DNA from: an uncultured Mycoplasmatota bacterium
GTDB lineage: Bacteria > Bacillota_I > Bacilli_A > RF39 > UBA660
Reading direction: 5' to 3'
NCBI GenBank assembly: GCA_947570175.1
Contig: CANOTJ010000002.1
Coordinates: 33,346 to 97,345 of the forward strand
Length of the DNA stretch: 64,000 bases
Shown: piece by piece, positions 47,565-57,347 of the stretch
Layout: the number at the start of each line of letters is the position of its first letter
Position numbering within the stretch: position 1 is the stretch's first letter
Program-made: the position numbers and the translations under genes
Notes under the pieces: generated by a model
What the model was told of the DNA's origin: nothing
The model's database searches: none
The model's input: the letters and a program-made list of their open reading frames with translations, nothing else

Positions 47565-48431
47565 TTAATTCTCATTCTGATCAGCATAAATGGATTTCCT
47601 TTTTTCTTTTCCAAAATGATAGTTGAGACACTCTTCTAATATAGTATTTATTTCTTTAATTTGTTCATTCAAAATATCTCTACGTTTCAATACTTCCTGA
47701 TATATTACATATCTTTTTTGAATATCCTCTATAGCCATAATCATATCAAGCTTAGTAGCTAGATTTAACTGTAAAGATAGACTATTACAAATAAAATTTC
47801 TAATAGTTTCATATTTTTCTCCTGTTAATTCTATGAGATTTTGAATTTTAATGGATTTTTCAAATTGGGACATCAAAGTTTGTACTATAGTTTGAATTTT
47901 TTGATTATATAAAGTTAACGCATTTTCTACTTGTTCTACATAATCTGAATTTTCTTCATCAAATGAATCAATTCTTTGCTCCATCTTTCCTATTAATATT
48001 CCTTTTTCATTCTTTTTGCTATCAAAATAAACCCCTACATTCTCATTAATTTTTGTAATAATTCTATTACCACAAAGAACCGTTCCACATTGTTTAAACC
48101 TTTGGTTGTAAAGAACTCCATCCACAAAGTCATAACCATCTATGGAATAACATGCTGCTTGGGAATGACCTGGTATATTTCTAATTTCAAAATCATCAAA
48201 GGTAAAAGTTTCATAATTCCAAGAGCTTTTAGTATCATTATTATATCCAAAGCATTTTTCTAAAAGGACATTCCCATTTATACTAATAGCACAAGTTACT
48301 GCTTCTTGATTATTTGTTATCTCTTTATCTATCAAGATATTTACAATTCCCTTTTCACTTTCATAAGATATTATACTTCGATCTAATTTCAATAACTTTT
48401 CTTCTACACTATCCCATAATATTTTTGCCAT
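47565..48431 (-). CDS. Hypothetical protein (288 aa)
   Basis: ORF track. Confidence 0.45.
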   Translation of the reverse strand: MAKILWDSVEEKLLKLDRSIISYESEKGIVNILIDKEITNNQEAVTCAISINGNVLLEKCFGYNNDTKSSWNYETFTFDDFEIRNIPGHSQAACYSIDGYDFVDGVLYNQRFKQCGTVLCGNRIITKINENVGVYFDSKKNEKGILIGKMEQRIDSFDEENSDYVEQVENALTLYNQKIQTIVQTLMSQFEKSIKIQNLIELTGEKYETIRNFICNSLSLQLNLATKLDMIMAIEDIQKRYVIYQEVLKRRDILNEQIKEINTILEECLNYHFGKEKRKSIYADQNEN

Positions 48432-48462
48432 AGTCTATACTCCCTCTATATAAAACTAATAT

Positions 48463-48969
48463 TTATTTTCTATTATCTATAATATTTATTACTTCCCCTA
48501 TGTACATTCGATGAATAGGTTCCTTCTTATAAAATCGATCAATCTCACTTTGTGGGATACTATGATTATCAATATTTTCAATATCCATATCTTGAAAATA
48601 AATCTTTCTACATACAATTGTTAGTTTAGCCTCTTGAAACGAAATCCCATTTTCAAGAAAGTTAGGGGTTAGTTTAATAAGAGAAAGCTTATTACTATCC
48701 CTTCCAGATTTACTTCCCAATATAGCTAAATCTTTTTTATATTTTAAATCATAAAAACTAATAGTATAATATTCATTAGTTTCTAAAAATTCATAAGTAT
48801 AACGATTGGGTTTGATGTAAATAGTAGCTACAGGTTTATTCCAAATTGTTCCAAAGCCTCCCCAACTAATCGTCATAGCATTAAATTTATCTTTTGTTCC
48901 AGCTGTTACTATTGCCCATTTTTGATCAAGATCATAAAATGGAGCTAAATGAAAATTTTCTAAATCCAT
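48463..48969 (-). CDS. Flavin reductase-like (FMN-binding split-barrel) protein
   Basis: 'AIVTAGTKDKFNAMTISWGGFGTIWNKP' typical of flavin reductase domain. Confidence 0.6.
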   Translation of the reverse strand: MDLENFHLAPFYDLDQKWAIVTAGTKDKFNAMTISWGGFGTIWNKPVATIYIKPNRYTYEFLETNEYYTISFYDLKYKKDLAILGSKSGRDSNKLSLIKLTPNFLENGISFQEAKLTIVCRKIYFQDMDIENIDNHSIPQSEIDRFYKKEPIHRMYIGEVINIIDNRK

Positions 48970-49113
48970 AATTTTTTCATCTCCATAAATTAACTTATAC
49001 TATTGTACCATATTTATATCTATATATAAAAGAAATAATATTAAAATTCTGATTAAAAAACAACACCGATAAATCGATGCTGTTAAAATACAAATAAATT
49101 TTTCATATTTTAC

Positions 49114-52100
49114 TTATCTTTTAGATCTCAAATATGCCAAAATACTAGACATTCCTACCATACAAAATAGTACAATAACAACTTCAAAAGCATTGTATTC
49201 TCCATCTAGCCAATAATCTACCACATTTTTCATTTCTTTGCTATTCTTCTTAGAATCTACATCTAATTTATGAGCCTTTTTTGTTTGTTTTACATTATTT
49301 GTTTTCCTTTTTCTTTGTTTTTCTTTTTTAACAACATTAGAATTTTTTTGTAAAGTACTCATTTTATTATTTTCTTTAGTAGACTCTTTTGATCTATCTT
49401 TTTTAGTTATAGATACCGTATGCTTTCTAGTATTCTCTTTTTTACTCTGATTTTTATTCATATGATCCTCTGATGAATTATCTTTTTTAGAATCATCCTT
49501 AATCACAATCTGTATCTTATGCATGGATACATTTTTATCTGAATCCATAACACTATAAGTAACAGGGTAATTTCCAGATTTATAAACATTTAAATTTGTA
49601 TGAATCTTTGTATTACTTTTGCTAATTTTCAATTTTCCATCTTCATTATCATTAACTTCTATTAAAGAATATAAATCGATATTAGAACCTATAGAATACT
49701 CGTAAGTCTCACTAGAAGAAATAATATATGGTAAACCACCTCGTTTTATTCTATAAACAAATTCAAAGTATGGCTTTTGGTCTTCTTCTCTTAAACTGTT
49801 ATAAGCGGCAAGTACATCCGATTTTACTTTAAAATTTTTAATCCTATTATTTAATTCTTCATCTATTACTTGATTTTTATAGGCTTCAATGATTTCAATC
49901 AATTTTGCTTTCAAATTTTGATAAGATAATTCATCTACTTCTGCTTCACTCATACCATCAACTCTTAATCCATTAGACATGACAATATATTGTGTTTTCT
50001 TATTTGGCGCACGTAATGTTGTAACTTCCTTACCAGTCAAAGTACTATAAAATTTTACTTTGCTTGCATATCTATCTGGATAATAAACCTCAACGACATA
50101 TCCTGGTTTAATTTCTACATCATGAGCACCTTGATTATAATCGAAATATGTACCATTTACAGAATCATCAGAGATAAGTTTTCCATCTTGATCATAAATT
50201 CTTACATACTCACCACCATGCATAGAGGCACCATTTGGATATTCAATTCTAACCTTTGTATAGGCATCTTTAAATGTTAAACGACAACCGATTGTATTAA
50301 AATAATAGGATAAAATATCCATTCGTAAATAATTATCATATTGAACATCATCTATTATCTTATAAGAATACGTATAACTATTTTTGACCCCTTCTTTTAT
50401 ATAAACAGGAAAATGATCTTGATTATATTCGTTATTAATTGGCATTTGGATATAATAATTTCCTACTGGTAGATCTTCTATCTCCACATTTGGAGATGTA
50501 ATTTCTATTTGTTTTATAATATTGTTTCCTGATTTTATTCGAAGAATTTTTCCTTTGATATCAGAAAAATTCTTAATTTCAATATGAATTGACAGATTTC
50601 CAGTAACATTATATTTTTCTAAAATATCATTCGTAACTAATGAATACTTTCTATTAATATTTTCTCCTTCTAATATTTGTTCTAATGACGAATCATTTAC
50701 AGTATCTTTTAAAATACTTAACATAGGATAATCCTTTGAATATATTTCATCTTTTACATTATTGGCAATATCAAGTCCCCATGCTTCCATATATGGAATA
50801 ATATTTACATGATATATATCAGCAAGAGCTAAAGCGTAAATATTTTGATTAGAATTAGCATCCACTAACAAAGTATGATTATTTAAGTGTTCTCGATACC
50901 AACTAAATATCTTTGAATAAGTGGTTCCCCCTTCAAATGTATCAAATAAATTTACAATCATATATAATCTAGTACCAACTTCATTAGAATTCCAAGTACC
51001 ACCATTTTCTCTATTAGCATTTCGATTATTTTCAGTTGTACTTAAATTTCCTAACCAATCTCCTGGATAGAAATAAATATCCTTATCAACTTGAATATAA
51101 TGACCAATAATATTATTCCCGGTTTCTCCTAATCCCATAGTTCCTTTACCAAGATTTCCTTGATATCCATGAGCTAATTCATGTAATCCTCCCCAGTTCA
51201 TTTGAAAAAATGAAGAGATAGAAGAGTTATTGATACCAACATGGTGTCCAGCGTAATAAGCTGCCCCTGCTCCATGCGCATTCGCCTTCACTAAGTATTT
51301 GGTCCTAACATTCTGATCAGTTAATTTTTCAGGATTTAAATCTAATCCAACATATTCATCCATTTTGTCTACCACTTTTTGATAATATTCCAAAAATTGA
51401 TCAAATGTTTTAAAACTATTTCCATATAAATTATGGTTTACCATTTTGTCAATATCCGCAAACGGGGTTATAATAGTTAACACTTCGTTTTCTACTACCC
51501 CATATGTATTTTTAGAGGTCTTCCATTTTTGTCTAAACTCTCCTTCATCATCTTTGTAATGATAGTAATTTAATGGTTGTATAGTCCCGTCATATTCCAA
51601 TTCTATTTTAAAAGTTTTATGAATATTAATATCGTTTCTTTTCAATATAGTTGAAGTTAAAACTGGTACAGAATCATAATTTACCCCATTTTTGGAATTT
51701 GAAAGCGTTATCCATTCTCCATTATTTGGTATATTCATAGAGCCTTCTTTCCATGAATCATTAGCCATAAAACCAACACTAATTTGATTATCTGCTGATA
51801 ATATGCGCGCTTTTATATTTTGTCCTGCTGCCAAATAAACACCAAGGATTTGACGGTCTCCACTATTGCATCTAGAGAACCCCGCTAAATTCATATTCCA
51901 AGTAGATGGAATGGTATAAAGTGTTCTCTCTACATTAATTTTAGATTCTAAATTAGGTTCTATTTCATTTGTTGTATCCTGAATTTCTTCTTTTTTCTCA
52001 TTTAAAGAATTAGCTACATCTAGAGTTTGAGGATTTATAACATCTTGTTCTTCTACTATTTGATCATTAGAAATATTCGAAGTTTCTTCAACAGAATCCT

Positions 52101-52722
52101 CCACCTCTTCAATTGTCAAGTCATTTTCTTTTAGATCATTTACATCATTAAGTTGCGTTGTTCCCTCTGGTATTTCATCTATTTCTTTATTTGACTCCTT
52201 TTGTATATTATTCTCCTGATTAGAAGATAATAAAGAATTATCTAAATTATCTACTTTTTCTCGTTTTTCTAAATTTTCTACTTCTGTTGACTGTTTTTGT
52301 TCTACTATTTTTTGTTCTTCTGGTCCTTTTACTATAACAGGAACAACAATAGAAGATTTATTTCCATGCGAATCTGTAACCTTATAAGTAATGTTATAAG
52401 TTCCAATCTTATTTACATTTACCTCTCCAGTATGAGTAATATAAGGAGTTAAATCTCCATCTTCAAAGTCTTTTGCGAAAATTCTAAATCTTGCATCCTT
52501 AACATCAAATTCTTTTACACTCCCTATGGTAAATGTTATTTTGGTAGCCCCATAAAAAACTGGCGCATTTTTAGTATTCTAATAACTATTCTCGTTTTTT
52601 CTTATGTTATCTTCTGGTTGAGCATTTACTTTAAAACTATAAAATAAGATAAAACAGCTTAAAGTGGCAATTGATATCAATAAAAAAAACTCGAGTCTTT
52701 TAATAAACGTAGATTTCTCCAT
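49114..52722 (-). pseudogene. M60-like/enhancin-type zinc metallopeptidase gene with signal peptide, Ig-like domain and C-terminal TM anchor, interrupted by an in-frame TAG at 52579-52581
   Basis: ATG 52722 -> MEKSTFIKRLEFFLLISIATLSCFILFYSFKVNAQPEDNIRKNENSY*; the same frame continues NTKNAPVFYGATKITF...VTDSHGNKSS... into the 1001-aa ORF (49114..52119) carrying 'GGLHELAHGYQ'. Confidence 0.6.
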
Positions 52723-52845
52723 AAAATTTTCCCCCTTTTTTATTAGTCAGTATGCTATCATATTTTCCAAAAGATTGCAAGTCTCCAGTCTTTAATCTTA
52801 ATATATTATATTACCTTACTTAATTATTTGTTTATAATTGTCTTG

Positions 52846-54402
52846 TCATTCAACAAAATCTTCTGTAAAAGATTCATTAGAATTTTTAATTTTATCAATA
52901 AATTCTTGTTTATCATTCAAATTCAAAATCTTAAGACATTCCCATATTGTGCAATCATTAAGACTAGTATTAAATTTCTTTAATCTTTCAAAAAATCTAT
53001 CATCTTTTTTATACTCCTCTAAAATATAAATAGCTATTGGAATTCCCACTATATACCATGTATCCTTAAAAATTGCTTTTTGTTGAATAGTATAGTGTTC
53101 AAATATATCCATGGTCATCATATAATTATGATCATCAAAAAGTTCATTATATAATTCTGGATTAATATCGCCCTTCTTCTTATATAGTAAAATAATTTTA
53201 TATATATAATATAACTTAGAAGCATAAAGAAATAGTAAACTTCCAAGATTTTGAAAGTGCTTCTTTTGATCTTCTAAATATGAACCATCTAGCTCTTCAC
53301 AAAAAATAAGTTCCCCTCCATAAGATAACGCTTCTGTTAATAAATCACTAACAACATTCCTCTTGTCTTTGGGTTGATTGATATAGTGCAGCAGTTCATG
53401 AATCAGTACTATACTATCTAATAATGTCCCTTCTAAAAAAATAGTCAATCTTTTATTGTGATGATTATCATAGAAAGAAATGCCATCTTGGATTGTACGA
53501 TAAAAATGATCTTTTCTTTTTTCATCTTTCTCCTTTAACATTAAAATTTTCTTTTGAATAAGTTCCTCGATATTAATGGGAATATGATGGTGATTAAAAA
53601 AGGTTTGAGATAAATGAATAGTTTCTTCTTTACTAATGATCGTATAAGAAATATCATGAAAATCTGTATTGTTATAAAAATGATCATATGTTCTTCTTAT
53701 ATAATTTGTTAAATTGTATAAATCCTCTATTGTATCTATTACAAAAGAGTTTCCTTGGAAAAATGATAAATTATCAAACCACTTTTTATATTGTTCAATC
53801 CTTTTTGGACTAATCATTTTTTGTAGTTTAGAATATTCATCCAATATTTCTTTTTCCTGTAGAGAATACGTTTTTAATAAATCATGATATTTAGAATTTT
53901 GAGCCAGTAAATCACTTCTTTTTAGTGCAAATAACCAAATAATTTCTTCTCTATCTAACATATCTATAAATTCTTTTTTAACAGTTTCTTCCATCTTATC
54001 TATTTGAATATCATGATAAAAGATTAATTTAGAAACAGAATTTTTTATATTCTCATCTAATTTATAATGATTAGCAAAGTTAAGAAAAATCTTTTGTGAT
54101 TCTATCCAGTGCCCATAAAAATGACCAATTCCTTTTTCATCCTCTTTATATACTTGAGGTTTACCAATATCATGAAATAATGCAGCTAAACGAAGAATTA
54201 AGTTGGATGGGACATGGTCAACAACATGAAGAATATGTTCATATACATCATAAATATGCCATGGATTATTTTGATGAAATCCCCTACATTTTTTTAATTC
54301 TGGAATAAGTGAAAATACAAAACTTTCATGTTCTAAAATAGATTGACTTGGCTTTTCACTTGTTAGAATTTCGTATAACATTTCTATCTTCATATTATTC
54401 AT
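52846..54402 (-). CDS. HD-domain phosphohydrolase (CCA-enzyme-like HD) fused to a C-terminal domain with an HExxH motif
   Basis: 'HIYDVYEHILHVV...LAALFHDIGKPQ' HD motifs; downstream 'LIHELLHYI'. Confidence 0.55.
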   Translation of the reverse strand: MNNMKIEMLYEILTSEKPSQSILEHESFVFSLIPELKKCRGFHQNNPWHIYDVYEHILHVVDHVPSNLILRLAALFHDIGKPQVYKEDEKGIGHFYGHWIESQKIFLNFANHYKLDENIKNSVSKLIFYHDIQIDKMEETVKKEFIDMLDREEIIWLFALKRSDLLAQNSKYHDLLKTYSLQEKEILDEYSKLQKMISPKRIEQYKKWFDNLSFFQGNSFVIDTIEDLYNLTNYIRRTYDHFYNNTDFHDISYTIISKEETIHLSQTFFNHHHIPINIEELIQKKILMLKEKDEKRKDHFYRTIQDGISFYDNHHNKRLTIFLEGTLLDSIVLIHELLHYINQPKDKRNVVSDLLTEALSYGGELIFCEELDGSYLEDQKKHFQNLGSLLFLYASKLYYIYKIILLYKKKGDINPELYNELFDDHNYMMTMDIFEHYTIQQKAIFKDTWYIVGIPIAIYILEEYKKDDRFFERLKKFNTSLNDCTIWECLKILNLNDKQEFIDKIKNSNESFTEDFVE

Positions 54403-54425
54403 TCCTATCTATGACACCATATCTT

Positions 54426-55247
54426 TTACTTCGTTTTCACTTTACATTCTAATGAAATACTATCTAAATCATTTGGAACATATAAATTTCCAGAAAAATA
54501 AGGCTTATTTTCTTGTAAATATCGGTCTTCTCTATGATTAAGATCTTCATCTTTTATATGGTATAAAATCAAATTTTTTACATTCAATTTAGTAGCCATT
54601 TCACAAACATCTTTTGCAGTTATATGACCTTTTTCATAAGGTCTTTTTACATCTTTTTCACTATCCAAACAAAAGGCTTCATGGATTAAAAAATCAGCAT
54701 TTTCTACTAAATCATAATTCTTCTCATCTAAGGGTTCATCTCCATTACATACTAAAATTTGTCCACTAAGTGTTTTTAAATAAAATCCATATTGTACTTC
54801 TTTTTTAGCATAAACATCATAAAAAATAAAATTTTCTCCTAATATAGAAACTTGTTCTCTATTTTCAACAGAAATAAGTTGAATTTTATCATCCAAATAA
54901 TCACTTTGTCTTTTATTTAAAATCAATTTGGCAATTGTGCGAATTGCATCTGTTGTGATACTTGATGCATAAATGTGAACATCCTCTTTATATTCGCCAG
55001 ACATCATTGCAAGCGCTATCTTTCGAATCAACCATATAATCCCTATAATATGATCAATATGATTATGTGTAACAAAGATATTATGGATAGAGCTAGGAGG
55101 AATTTCTGCCTTTCTTAACTGCTCTAAAATATGGATTCCCCCCCCGCCATCAACTAGCATATATTCTTGATTTTTTTTAAGAGCAAAACATGCGTTATAA
55201 AATTGAATGGAACTAGCAGAACCTGTTCCTAGCATCATTAATTCCAT
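54426..55247 (-). CDS. MBL-fold metallo-hydrolase, RNase Z-like
   Basis: N-terminus 'MELMMLGTGSASS' and 'FVTHNHIDHIIG' (HxHxDH). Confidence 0.6.
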   Translation of the reverse strand: MELMMLGTGSASSIQFYNACFALKKNQEYMLVDGGGGIHILEQLRKAEIPPSSIHNIFVTHNHIDHIIGIIWLIRKIALAMMSGEYKEDVHIYASSITTDAIRTIAKLILNKRQSDYLDDKIQLISVENREQVSILGENFIFYDVYAKKEVQYGFYLKTLSGQILVCNGDEPLDEKNYDLVENADFLIHEAFCLDSEKDVKRPYEKGHITAKDVCEMATKLNVKNLILYHIKDEDLNHREDRYLQENKPYFSGNLYVPNDLDSISLECKVKTK

Positions 55248-55314
55248 TGAAAATCATCTCCTCTATAAATTTTTTCTATGTAGAAGTTACTTCTTTTATT
55301 TTTTATTTTTAAAT
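55158..55314. repeat. 157-bp direct repeat copy 1 (155/157 identical to 57191..57347)
   Basis: Manual alignment; covers the 5' end and upstream region of the MBL gene 54426..55247. Confidence 0.85.
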
Positions 55315-56118
55315 ATTTATTTCTAATCCAACTCCCACTTCCATTATATCTAATTTTTTTGCCATTTCTATTTTTGCTTTTAGTGAAACGCAGTGACAAG
55401 GATATAATAATTTGATATTATTTTCTTCTAAATATTTTATAGTTTTTTCTAGTCTCTCATTTATATCAAACAAATGAAAACCACCGATAACTCCATATAT
55501 TCTATCATCGTTGCAAACTTTTTTAGCATATTCTAAAATATTACAAATACCGCTATGGGAGCATCCAGTTATAACAAATAAACCATTATTGCTTTTATAA
55601 ACGATTGCCGAATCATCGTTTATTGTATCATCGATTTTTTCTCCATTAACAATACTTTTTCCAATTGAATATCTTTGTTCAAAATCATTCAAAGTAGGAA
55701 TCTCCCCTAAATATGTAATATGTTCACTAATTTGAACTGGTTCTTTAGATAAATTTAGTCGGCAAACTTTAAAAAGTTCTTCCTTAGATAAAGGGCTCCC
55801 AATATATAATCCTTTTGAATCTTCTTTATAATCAAAACAATCCGGATGGGCAATTAATTGGGTATTTCTTTTATTCTCAAAAAAATATTTTAAACCGCCT
55901 GTGTGATCATCATGCCCATGAGATATTACTAATTTATTTACACTATTTAAGTCAATACTCATTTTACCTGCATTTTCTAAAAAAGTATTGGAATACCCTG
56001 TATCAAATAATATTTTATCATCACCATCTTCAATATAATAAGAGACTCCTGGTTCTCCCAAATAATATTCATCAATAAAGGTATTATTATCTTCCAACAC
56101 TTTTAATTTCATTTTCAA
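55309..56118 (-). CDS. MBL-fold metallo-hydrolase
   Basis: 'VISHGHDDHTGGL' HxHxDH motif. Confidence 0.65.
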   Translation of the reverse strand: MKMKLKVLEDNNTFIDEYYLGEPGVSYYIEDGDDKILFDTGYSNTFLENAGKMSIDLNSVNKLVISHGHDDHTGGLKYFFENKRNTQLIAHPDCFDYKEDSKGLYIGSPLSKEELFKVCRLNLSKEPVQISEHITYLGEIPTLNDFEQRYSIGKSIVNGEKIDDTINDDSAIVYKSNNGLFVITGCSHSGICNILEYAKKVCNDDRIYGVIGGFHLFDINERLEKTIKYLEENNIKLLYPCHCVSLKAKIEMAKKLDIMEVGVGLEINI

Positions 56119-56134
56119 TTTCCTTTCATATTTA

Positions 56135-56806
56135 TTAACCCTCTAACTCATGTTTTAATTCATCAGAACAATAAAAATTCATATACTCAATTCTTTCTTT
56201 TTCACTTAAATCACAACTATTATTTTTAAACATATTTTTTAACTTTTTATAATCACCATTAATGCTTTCATGACTGGCAACAATCATATTCATTTTAGAT
56301 ACATTTGTTAAATCCAAGTTTATCCCATTTATTTTAGCAAGTGACTCTATAAATATTCTTTGACTTCTACCATTACCTTCACGAAAAGGGTGTAAAGCAT
56401 TAATATCTGCAAATAATTCCACTAATTTATCTAATGTTGTTTCATTATCATAATCTACAAAGTATTTTTCTTTTTTTAATTTATTAAATACATCAGTACC
56501 AAATGATTCTATATGTTCTGTTAAGCAAAATAAATCTTGTTTAGCAATATTACAATTTCTTATATCTCCTGCCCATCTATAAATATCTTGAAACAAATAT
56601 TTATGAATATCTTTTAAATACTTAAAATCAAAATTTCCTTTTAATGGTTTTTCATTTAATTCATAGGTCCTTAAAGATACAAGTTCTCTTTCAGCATTAA
56701 ATAAATCTTCATCATTTGTTATATTCAATTTATTTATTAAAATGTCAGTATCTTTATAACAGTAATCAGCGGTTTTTTCATAAGTATATTTGTATTTATT
56801 ATCCAT
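56135..56806 (-). CDS. Fic/Doc-family protein (AMPylator; class I toxin-like)
   Basis: FIC motif 'HPFREGNGRSQR'. Confidence 0.8.
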   Translation of the reverse strand: MDNKYKYTYEKTADYCYKDTDILINKLNITNDEDLFNAERELVSLRTYELNEKPLKGNFDFKYLKDIHKYLFQDIYRWAGDIRNCNIAKQDLFCLTEHIESFGTDVFNKLKKEKYFVDYDNETTLDKLVELFADINALHPFREGNGRSQRIFIESLAKINGINLDLTNVSKMNMIVASHESINGDYKKLKNMFKNNSCDLSEKERIEYMNFYCSDELKHELEG

Positions 56807-57002
56807 AGATTCTCCTATATTTTTCTAAAACTTTTTTTCTTTCTATTTCAGTTGTTGACTTTCCAATTATACAATTATAAAGCTTTTGTTTTATTTCTTT
56901 AGTTAAAGGCATTCCTTCTTGTGCCATTGCACCATCAATTTTTTTTATTTTTTCTTGTATTTCTTTTTCAGTCTGATTTTTACTATTATTCATTAATATC
57001 AC
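56799..57002 (-). CDS. Small VbhA-like Fic antitoxin candidate
   Basis: 67 aa immediately upstream, 8-nt overlap with fic; contains 'KSTTEIER' resembling the (S/T)xxxE(G/N) inhibitory motif. Confidence 0.5.
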   Translation of the reverse strand: MILMNNSKNQTEKEIQEKIKKIDGAMAQEGMPLTKEIKQKLYNCIIGKSTTEIERKKVLEKYRRIYG

Positions 57003-57139
57003 TTACTTTCCTAAAGTTTCTAACATATTCATTATACTATAAAAGTCCTTTTTAATCATCAATTTATAGAGATAAATTAAGGAAAATGCTTTCGCTTGGG
57101 TACCTTGGGTACTGTAGTTATTATCAAACTATATAGAAC

Positions 57140-57250
57140 ACTATTTACTACAACACATTACTTATGCTTTATTTTCCCACCATCAATCAACATATATTCT
57201 TGATTTTTTTTAAGAGTAGAACATGCGTTATAAAATTGAATGGAACTAGC
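57140..57250 (-). pseudogene. Truncated 5' fragment of an MBL/RNase Z-like gene (MELMMLGTGSASSIQFYNACSTLKKNQEYMLIDGGKIKHK*)
   Basis: Lies inside repeat copy 2; homologous to the N-terminus of 54426..55247. Confidence 0.6.
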
Positions 57251-57347
57251 AGAACCTGTTCCTAGCATCATTAATTCCATTGAAAATCATCTCCTCTATA
57301 AATTTTTTCTATGTAGAAGTTACTTCTTTTATTTTTTGCTTTTGTAC
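57191..57347. repeat. 157-bp direct repeat copy 2
   Basis: Differs from copy 1 only at 'gagcaaaaca' versus 'gagtagaaca'. Confidence 0.85.

Noticed and set aside
52556-52610. Apparent frameshift between the signal peptide and the body of the M60-like peptidase gene
   Set aside because: Codon-by-codon reading shows the two parts are in the same frame, separated by a TAG; the interruption is a nonsense codon, not an indel
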